36,756 nucleotides of DNA, from contig DASVZD010000036.1 of assembly GCA_036391815.1 (NCBI GenBank), positions 1 through 36,756 on the forward strand, given 5' to 3'. The notes under the pieces were generated by a model. That model was not told the origin of the DNA. It did not search any database and was given only the letters and a program-made list of their open reading frames with translations. Shown here piece after piece: positions 27,635 through 33,613 of the stretch (position 1 is its first letter; the number at the start of each line of letters is the position of its first letter). The stretch is from Rhodocyclaceae bacterium (GTDB lineage Bacteria > Pseudomonadota > Gammaproteobacteria > Burkholderiales > Rhodocyclaceae). The translations under genes were made by a program, and so were the position numbers.

Positions 27635-29529
27635 GAGGACGCCTTTGGCCGCGCCGGGATGTCCTCGATCAGGTCGCCGAGGTCCTGGATGGCGCCGGAG
27701 AGCAAACCGACCGCCTGCGACAGCTCGGCCTGGAACTGCCGGTTGCTCTCGCGCAACGTGCGCTCGATGCCGTCGGCGAACGACTGGTGCGCCTGCACCA
27801 GCACGTCATTGACGCCGCGCAGGTAATCCTCGGCCTTGCGCTGGGCCGCCGAGAGCTGTGCCGCCGCGCCGTGCAGCCGGTCGACCAGCTCGGCGCTGAC
27901 CGAGGCGTCGCGCTTCGCGGTCTCCACCGTGGCCCGCAGATCGGACACCAGGGCCGCGAACACCTCATGGGCCTGCACGTGCGTCTCCAGCGCACGCTGC
28001 GAGGCGACCGTGGCGGCGGACAGCGCGTTGGCGGCGAAGCTGATGGTCTCCGTCGCGCCCTCGGCGGCATGCAGGGTCTGGGTGACGCCCTGCCCCGCCT
28101 GCGCGAAGTCCCGGGCCGCCGTGGCCAGCGTGTCGGCACCGGCGTTCATGCCCGCGATGGCGTCCGCCGTCGCGGCGCCCAGCCGGTCGACCGCCGCCTG
28201 CACCGATTGGCTCGCCTCGATGGAGCGCGCGATCAGGCGCTCCATCTGGCCGGCCATGCTGCCGACGGCGTCGCCCGCCTGGCTGGCGATGCGCTCCGCC
28301 TGCTGCTGCTGGACCTCGGTGGTCGTGCGCGTCTGGTCCTGCAGCTGCTGGACGGCGACCGCCACCCGGTCGCCCAGCCTCGCCAGCGCGGCCTCCAGCA
28401 TCTCGCCCGATTGCGACTGCGCCTGCAGGGTCGCCGCGCGCATCTGCGCGACGAATTCCGCCATCTGGCGGACGGCGTCCTGCTGGCGTTCGCCGGTCGT
28501 GGCCACGGCGGCGTTGGTCCGCTGCAGCAGTTCGCTGCTGTCGCGCATCTGCGCCGCGAATAGGCCCTGCATCTGCGCGCTGAAGCCGGCCAGCACCTCG
28601 GCCACCATCCGGCCGACCACCTGCTCCTGGCGCGCGGTGACCGTGTCGACGGCGCGCGCGATGTTCTCGATCGGCTGCCCGAGGCGCTCGCCGACGATGC
28701 GCCCGATGTCGGCGGCCAGCTGCTCGCCGTGGCGCGCCGAGGCATTCACCTGCCGCGTGCTCACCTCGGTGAAGATCTCGCGCAGCTGGTCGGCCAGCGC
28801 GTCCTTGATGCGCTCGGCCTGCGCCGCCGAGGTCTCGGCCGCCACCACCAGGCGCTCGAGGTACTCGTAGTCGGCGCCGACGTCGAACATGCCGTCGATC
28901 AGCTCGCGCAGCTGCTCGACCTGCCGGTAGCGCAGGGTCAGCATCGACTTCTCGACCCAGGTGAACAGCATCGCCAGGGTGATCGCCACGGCGGAGACGA
29001 AGAAGGCGTGGCCGACCGAGTTGATCAGGTTGCGCAGCTGCGTCTGCGCCTGGTTCGGGTCGAGCGACACGTCGAAGTTCACCAGCCCGATGATGAGCCC
29101 GGTGAAGGTGCCGATGATGCCCAGGCCGGTGAGGATGCCGGGGAGATGCTTGTAGAACTCGGTCTTGAGCGGCGAGTCGACCAGCGCCTCCTCGCTGAAG
29201 AACGAGGCCGCCAGCGTCGTGGCGCGCCAGCGCTGGCGCCCCGCCTCGGCCTGCGGGTGCAGGGTCTGCCGGTATTCCTGCCAGAGGTGGGCCAGGCGCG
29301 GCGGCTTCATCGCGGTCGCCGCGATGTCGTCGATGGCGGCCGCGCTGCCGTCGGCGCGCGTCTCCTTGATCACCCGCAGCGCCTCGACGGCGTCGCCGAG
29401 TTCCACGCCCAGCCGCAGCGAGGGGAGCACGAAGCGGAACAGGAAACCGATGGCGATGCCCGCCAGCAGAACGCCGACGGCCCAGGCATACCAGTAGTGG
29501 ATCAGCAGTTCCAGCGGCGATTCCGTCAT
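27631..29529 (-). CDS. zorA: ZorA-like MotA/ExbB-family proton-channel protein with a long C-terminal helical tail, 632 aa
   Basis: Three predicted TM helices (YWYAWAVGVLLAGIAIGFLF; LPGILTGLGIIGTFTGLIIGLV; VGHAFFVSAVAITLAMLFTWV, the MotA_ExbB signature region). They are followed by about 400 aa of Ala/Gln/Glu/Arg-rich, apparently coiled-coil sequence. The gene is followed by coupled MotB-like and EH-like genes. Confidence 0.8.
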   Translation of the reverse strand: MTESPLELLIHYWYAWAVGVLLAGIAIGFLFRFVLPSLRLGVELGDAVEALRVIKETRADGSAAAIDDIAATAMKPPRLAHLWQEYRQTLHPQAEAGRQRWRATTLAASFFSEEALVDSPLKTEFYKHLPGILTGLGIIGTFTGLIIGLVNFDVSLDPNQAQTQLRNLINSVGHAFFVSAVAITLAMLFTWVEKSMLTLRYRQVEQLRELIDGMFDVGADYEYLERLVVAAETSAAQAERIKDALADQLREIFTEVSTRQVNASARHGEQLAADIGRIVGERLGQPIENIARAVDTVTARQEQVVGRMVAEVLAGFSAQMQGLFAAQMRDSSELLQRTNAAVATTGERQQDAVRQMAEFVAQMRAATLQAQSQSGEMLEAALARLGDRVAVAVQQLQDQTRTTTEVQQQQAERIASQAGDAVGSMAGQMERLIARSIEASQSVQAAVDRLGAATADAIAGMNAGADTLATAARDFAQAGQGVTQTLHAAEGATETISFAANALSAATVASQRALETHVQAHEVFAALVSDLRATVETAKRDASVSAELVDRLHGAAAQLSAAQRKAEDYLRGVNDVLVQAHQSFADGIERTLRESNRQFQAELSQAVGLLSGAIQDLGDLIEDIPARPKASS

Positions 29530-29620
29530 CGGCTCGGTTCTTGTCGGCGTACCGGGCGCAGTATACCGAGGGCCGACCGGCGTATCCTCCGGCCTCGACC
29601 CTGCTGAGAGCGAGGAAAGC

Positions 29621-30100
29621 GTGAACCGATACCTGCTGCTGCTGGAAACCCTTTACGCCGTGGCCAAGAAGACGCGCGTCGACGGGCTCAAGTCGCTCGT
29701 CAAGCATCTCGACGATCCGGCCCGCTCGCTGTTCTTCTCGGCGGCCATGGCCCAGGAACCGGCCGCCACCGCCTTCATGTGCGATTCGCTGCAGATGGTC
29801 GCCGCCGGCATGAGCCTGGACGAAGTGACGTTCTACATGGACGGCTACCGCCTGCGCCTGATCAGCGCCGACAAGGCGGACAGCCACCTGGTCAACCTGG
29901 TGTTCCGCACGGTGTGGGCGATCGCCCATTCGGGCTGGGACCCGATCGCCTGCACGGAATTCGGCCGCGCCGCCGTTCCCGCCGCCCAGTCGATGGGCCG
30001 CAAGGAATGGATCGCCTACTGCAACAGCCTGGAGATCGAGCGCACCCAGACCAACATCAACTGGGACGCGCTGCTGAAGGAAATCAAGCCGGGCGCCTAG
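29621..30100 (+). CDS. Soluble 159-aa protein resembling the cytoplasmic portions of MotA, with all transmembrane helices missing
   Basis: GTG 29621 is preceded by GAGGA (29612-29616). There is no hydrophobic stretch long enough for a TM helix. An ungapped match to the E. coli MotA loop (recalled sequence, residues ~82-148): LYAVAKKTRVDGLKSLVKHLDDPARSLFF...FMCDSLQMVAAGMSLDEVTFYMD against LYRLMAKSRQMGMFSLERDIENPRESEIF...FIVDYLRLIISGHMNTFEIEALMD. A second match, SGWDPIACTEFGRA against NGYAPPIAVEFGRK, aligns with the MotA C-terminal cytoplasmic segment. Confidence 0.7.
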   Translation: MNRYLLLLETLYAVAKKTRVDGLKSLVKHLDDPARSLFFSAAMAQEPAATAFMCDSLQMVAAGMSLDEVTFYMDGYRLRLISADKADSHLVNLVFRTVWAIAHSGWDPIACTEFGRAAVPAAQSMGRKEWIAYCNSLEIERTQTNINWDALLKEIKPGA

Positions 30101-30114
30101 CGGCGCCGCGAAAG

Positions 30115-30140
30115 ACAAGGCCCGGCGGTCCGGGCCTTGT
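30115..30140. terminator. Bidirectional stem-loop between the convergent 159-aa gene and csbD
   Basis: acaaggcccgg (30115-30125), loop cggt, ccgggccttgt (30130-30140): a perfect 11-bp stem. On the minus strand it is followed by TCTTTCG. Confidence 0.55.
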
Positions 30141-30145
30141 TGCCG

Positions 30146-30319
30146 CTAGTGCTTCTTGGCGTCTTCCTTGAGGTCGCCGTAATCGCGCTGGATGCGGCCT
30201 TCCACCTGCTTCTTGGCGCCCTTGAGCTGCTGTTCGGTGCTGCCGGTCATCTCGCCGGTCTTCTGCTGCACCTTGCCGGCGACGTGCTTCGTCGCACCCT
30301 TCACTTGGTCCTTGTTCAT
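30146..30319 (-). CDS. csbD: CsbD-family general stress protein, 57 aa
   Basis: Internal ATG 30319 with GGAG upstream. MNKDQVKGATKHVAGKVQQKTGEMTGSTEQQLKGAKKQVEGRIQRDYGDLKEDAKKH is the typical CsbD pattern (KG..K...G......TG......G......G..Q..YG). Confidence 0.85.
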   Translation of the reverse strand: MNKDQVKGATKHVAGKVQQKTGEMTGSTEQQLKGAKKQVEGRIQRDYGDLKEDAKKH

Positions 30320-30386
30320 GCTGAGCTCCGTTGCGATGCGGCCGCGAGGGCCGGGCTGGGTGTGACACCACGATCGCAAAGCGAGT

Positions 30387-30671
30387 TCAACCGGACGCCT
30401 TGGTCTGTTCGCCCGCCAGGATGCGGCGCGCGCGCTCGCCGAGCGAGCGGTAGGAGCGCTCCCACTCGCCGTCGCGCGGCGTCGTGTAGGCGATCTGGCG
30501 GGCAAGCTTCTCGAGGGCGTCGAGCCGCTGCCGCAGCGCGGAGACTGCCTGCTCATGCTCGTCGGCATAGACGAATTCCACGCGGCGGTCCTGGCACACG
30601 CCGACGCAGGTCTGCGGCGCCTCGATCTTGCCGCAACCGATGCACTGCCATGCCTTGACGATCGTCGTCAT
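30387..30671 (-). CDS. Small hypothetical protein with an N-terminal 4-Cys cluster (C-x2-C-x8-C-x3-C), 94 aa
   Basis: ATG 30671 with GAGGAGGAG upstream. KAWQCIGCGKIEAPQTCVGVCQDRR is followed by a helical C-terminal half. The family is not recognised. Confidence 0.6.
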   Translation of the reverse strand: MTTIVKAWQCIGCGKIEAPQTCVGVCQDRRVEFVYADEHEQAVSALRQRLDALEKLARQIAYTTPRDGEWERSYRSLGERARRILAGEQTKASG

Positions 30672-30726
30672 GATGCCCGCTCCTCCTCGGCCCGATTCAA
30701 AGTTGACGCGCCCGCGGACCGGTGGT

Positions 30727-31323
30727 TCAGCCCGCCCCGGCCGCCGAGAAGACGTCGATGCCTGCCAGGCGCACCAACTTTTCGATGCTCGCCGGGACGT
30801 TCTCGATCCGCTTGCCGCGTTCCAGCGCGATGATCAGGAAACCCGCGCCGGCCAGTTCCATGCCGAGACAGCGGGAGAGGTCGATGGCGGCGATGTCCGG
30901 CCGCCGGATCAGGCGCATCGCGCGGATGGCGACCGCCATGGTCAGCATCCCCACGACGCAGATCGTCGGGCCCTGCAGGCGGATCGCGCCGCCGACCTTG
31001 CGCAGCCCGGCGAAGAAGTCGGCGGGCATCGACGGTACGGTCATGCCCAGTTCGACGCGCGTGCCGAGGACCTTCGAGCGGATGATGCTGACGTCGAACC
31101 GGAAGTCGCCGGCCGTGACGCTGGCATCGTGGCCGACGCGCAGGCGCAACTGCCCCTTGCGGGTCACGAAGCAGCAGCCGTTCGTCGATACGTCGTTCAG
31201 GTAGCCGGATGCCGTTTGGCCGTCGCCCGTGGTCAGGACGGCTTCGCATTTCCCGATGGAGATCAGGTAGCGGTCGCCGCTCCGTGCATCGGCGGGCGGG
31301 GGAGCATTCTTGGATTCGTTCAC
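30727..31323 (-). CDS. PilZ-domain protein with a STAS-like C-terminal domain; start uncertain
   Basis: Both PilZ c-di-GMP-binding motifs are intact: RSGDR (RxxxR, 31284-31270) and DVSTNG (DxSxxG, 31194-31177). The C-terminal ~95 aa (IRLQGPTICVVGMLTMAVAIRAMRLIRRPDIAAIDLSRCLGMELAGAGFLIIALERGKRIENVPASIEKLVRLAGIDVF) resemble a STAS/MlaB-like fold. The track start (TTG 31455) overlaps the next gene's RBS and start. GTG 31323 is taken as a provisional start. Confidence 0.65.
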   Translation of the reverse strand: MNESKNAPPPADARSGDRYLISIGKCEAVLTTGDGQTASGYLNDVSTNGCCFVTRKGQLRLRVGHDASVTAGDFRFDVSIIRSKVLGTRVELGMTVPSMPADFFAGLRKVGGAIRLQGPTICVVGMLTMAVAIRAMRLIRRPDIAAIDLSRCLGMELAGAGFLIIALERGKRIENVPASIEKLVRLAGIDVFSAAGAG

Positions 31324-31454
31324 AGCAGGTACAGGGCTGTCCGGGGACGGCGGGCAGTCTATCAGCAAAGGCCATATCCGCCGGGAGGACCAGCCGCCGT
31401 CATCGCCGGCCAAAGGCCGGTTCCTAGAATGTCCCAACCAAAGGGAGGACCGCA

Positions 31455-32558
31455 ATGGGCCTGTTGCGATGGTGGCTGGTTGCGCTGGCGCTGCTTTCCA
31501 ACATCGCCGCGGCGGCGCCCCGGTTGCCGCTCGATCGCATCAGGCTGCCGCCCGGCTTTGCCATCGAGCTTCTCGCCCGTGTCCCGAACGCGCGGGAAAT
31601 GGCGCTCGGCGACAAGCGCGTGCTGTTCGTCGGTTCGATGGACGCCGGCAAGGTGTTCGCGCTGGAACTGGACGACCGGTATCGGGCCGGCCCGCTGCAC
31701 GTCGTCGCCAGCGGCCTCGAGATGCCGGTGGGCGTCGCCTATCGCGACGGCAGCCTCTACGTCTCGGCGGTCAGCCGCATCCTTCGCTTCGATCGCATCG
31801 TCGAGCGGCTGGACGATCCGCCCCAGCCAGTGGTGGTGCGCGGCGACTTTCCCGCCGAGAAGGCGCACGGATGGAAGTTCATCGCCTTCGGTCCGGACGG
31901 CTGGCTCTACGTTCCCGTCGGCGCGCCGTGCAACATTTGCGCGCCGGACCCCGATCGCTACGCCGTCATCATGCGGATGAAGCCCGACGGCTCGCGGCTG
32001 GAAACCTTCGCACGCGGCATCCGCAATAGCGTGGGCTTCGACTGGCATCCGGCGACGCACGAACTTTGGTTCACCGACAACGGCCGCGACTGGCTGGGCG
32101 ACGACCGGCCGCCGGACGAGCTCAACCGGGCGCCCCGCCCGGGCATGCACTTCGGCTATCCCTATTGCCATGCCGGAATTGCCGATCCCGAATTTGGCGC
32201 CGGGCATGCGTGCCGCGAATTCACGCCGCCGGTCCAGCCTCTCGGACCGCACGTCGCGGCGCTTGGCATGCGGTTCTACACGGGACGGCAATTTCCGGCC
32301 GAATATCGAAATGCGATCTTCATCGCGGAGCACGGTTCCTGGAACCGTTCCCGCAAGATCGGCTATCGGGTTAGCGTGGTCAGACTCGATGGCGACCGCC
32401 CGCTCTCCTATGCCGCCTTCGCCTCGGGTTGGCTGCAAGGACAGCAAGCCTGGGGACGGCCGGCCGACGTGCTGGTGCTGCCCGATGGTTCGCTGCTGGT
32501 GTCCGACGACTATGCCGGTGCGATCTATCGGATCCGCTATGGCGCCGGCAAGCAATAA
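31455..32558 (+). CDS. PQQ-dependent sugar dehydrogenase (soluble aldose / sorbosone dehydrogenase, YliI-like beta-propeller), secreted
   Basis: Strong RBS AAGGGAGGA (31441-31449). Signal peptide MGLLRWWLVALALLSNIAAAAP. Family-typical stretches: GWKFIAFGPDGWLYVPVGAPCN, ARGIRNSVGFDWHP.T.ELWFTDNGRDWLGDD.PPDELN, GMHFGYPYCH, PHVAALGMRFY. Confidence 0.85.
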   Translation: MGLLRWWLVALALLSNIAAAAPRLPLDRIRLPPGFAIELLARVPNAREMALGDKRVLFVGSMDAGKVFALELDDRYRAGPLHVVASGLEMPVGVAYRDGSLYVSAVSRILRFDRIVERLDDPPQPVVVRGDFPAEKAHGWKFIAFGPDGWLYVPVGAPCNICAPDPDRYAVIMRMKPDGSRLETFARGIRNSVGFDWHPATHELWFTDNGRDWLGDDRPPDELNRAPRPGMHFGYPYCHAGIADPEFGAGHACREFTPPVQPLGPHVAALGMRFYTGRQFPAEYRNAIFIAEHGSWNRSRKIGYRVSVVRLDGDRPLSYAAFASGWLQGQQAWGRPADVLVLPDGSLLVSDDYAGAIYRIRYGAGKQ

Positions 32559-32639
32559 CCTTGATGCGGCAGCCCTTGATACGCAATTTTCACGGCGGCA
32601 GAATCGATCACTCCATCACTGCTCTTCAAACAACGACCC

Positions 32640-33098
32640 ATGCCAAATCTCACGTCGACACTCAAGCAGGAAATCTCTCGTCTCGCCCGCAAGGAACTGC
32701 GCAACGAAACCGAGAACCTCAAGAAGAATTCCGCGCGCTACCGGTCGGAAATCGCGACGCTGAAGCGCCGCATCGACGACCTCGAGCGCCACATCGGCCT
32801 GTCGAAGCGCGCGGCGCGAAGCGCCACGGCGAAGGTGAACGGCGCCGAGCACGAGGAGGCCGAAGCGGGGCAGAACGGCAGCGCCAGGGTCCGCTACAGC
32901 GCGCGCAGCCTTGCCGCGCACCGCAAGCGCCTGGGCCTGTCGGCGGCCGAATTCGGCAAGCTGGTGGGAGTCTCGGCGCAGAGCGTCTACAACTGGGAGG
33001 CCGAGAAGGCGCGTCCGCGCGAAAAGCAGCTCGCGGCCCTGGCCGCCGTCCGCCAGATGGGCAAGCGCGACGCCGCGACGCTGTTGAACGGAGCGTAA
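32640..33098 (+). CDS. XRE/Cro-C1-type helix-turn-helix protein with an N-terminal coiled coil, 152 aa
   Basis: C-terminal RKRLGLSAAEFGKLVGVSAQSVYNWEAEKARP matches the HTH_XRE pattern. The N-terminal heptad-like stretch is LKQEISRLARKELRNETENLKKNSARYRSEIATLKRRIDDLERHI. The RBS is weak. Confidence 0.7.
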   Translation: MPNLTSTLKQEISRLARKELRNETENLKKNSARYRSEIATLKRRIDDLERHIGLSKRAARSATAKVNGAEHEEAEAGQNGSARVRYSARSLAAHRKRLGLSAAEFGKLVGVSAQSVYNWEAEKARPREKQLAALAAVRQMGKRDAATLLNGA

Positions 33099-33104
33099 AA
33101 ATCA

Positions 33105-33131
33105 AGCGCGGCAGCGTTGCGCTGCCGCGCT
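33105..33131. terminator. Stem-loop between the convergent HTH gene and the small secreted-protein gene
   Basis: gcgcggcagc (33106-33115), loop gttgc, gctgccgcgc (33121-33130), with an extra A-T pair at 33105/33131. On the minus strand it is followed by TGATTTTTA, which gives a good intrinsic terminator for the minus-strand gene. Confidence 0.6.
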
Positions 33132-33147
33132 GTTCCGGGGACAGGCC

Positions 33148-33420
33148 TCAGGCGTGCTTGCTGTCCTTCTTGGCGACCTTCTTGGCCAGCGGCGCGTGAC
33201 CGGCGCTGCTGTGCTTCTCGGGCGTCTTCGCCTCCGCCTTGCCCTTGGTCTTCTTGGGTGCCTTGGCGGCCGGCGCCTTCACGTCCTTCTTGGCTTCGGC
33301 GGCGGGCGCCGCGGCCGCGGGCTTGGCTTCCGGAGCCTTGGTTTCGGTCTTCGGCGCATCGGCGGCGAAGGCGGTGGCGGCAAAAGCGGTGGCGATCAGG
33401 GCAGCGAGGACTTTCGACAT
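33148..33420 (-). CDS. Small secreted, highly basic Ala/Lys/Pro-rich low-complexity protein, 90 aa
   Basis: Internal ATG 33420 with AAGGAGAA 6-7 nt upstream. Signal peptide MSKVLAALIATAFAATAFA, then ADAPKTETKAPEAKPAAAAPAAEAKKDVKAPAAKAPKKTKGKAEAKTPEKH.... Confidence 0.7.
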   Translation of the reverse strand: MSKVLAALIATAFAATAFAADAPKTETKAPEAKPAAAAPAAEAKKDVKAPAAKAPKKTKGKAEAKTPEKHSSAGHAPLAKKVAKKDSKHA

Positions 33421-33613
33421 TTTGTTTCTCCTTTGACATGGCAACGGGGTCGTTGCTTGTGTCGAATAACGCGGCGCGCCTTCCGCCCGGTGACGACTTT
33501 TACAATGCATTACAAACGGCCGCCGGCGCAAGCCCGCATCGGCGCCGCGGCATTCTTGCTACCATAGCGGCGACGATGTCACCGTAGGCGCCGCCCCTGC
33601 CGCGGCGCCGGCA

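Noticed and set aside
25491-29529. Annotating the locus as a complete type I Zorya system
   Set aside because: A ZorD-like SNF2 helicase/nuclease gene is absent from the window, and the downstream slot is closed by dsbC. Only a ZorABC-like call is supportable.
27787-30118. ORFs 27965..30118 (-, 717 aa), 27836..28870 (+), 27787..28563 (+) and 28729..29607 (+) across zorA
   Set aside because: They are out-of-frame or antisense shadows of the Ala/Gln-rich zorA tail. The 717-aa ORF would also run through the divergent 159-aa gene.
31324-31455. TTG start at 31455 for the PilZ gene
   Set aside because: It overlaps the RBS and start of the divergent PQQ-dehydrogenase gene and adds a Trp/Arg/Pro-rich prefix. 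The PilZ domain begins just after GTG 31323. The exact start remains uncertain.
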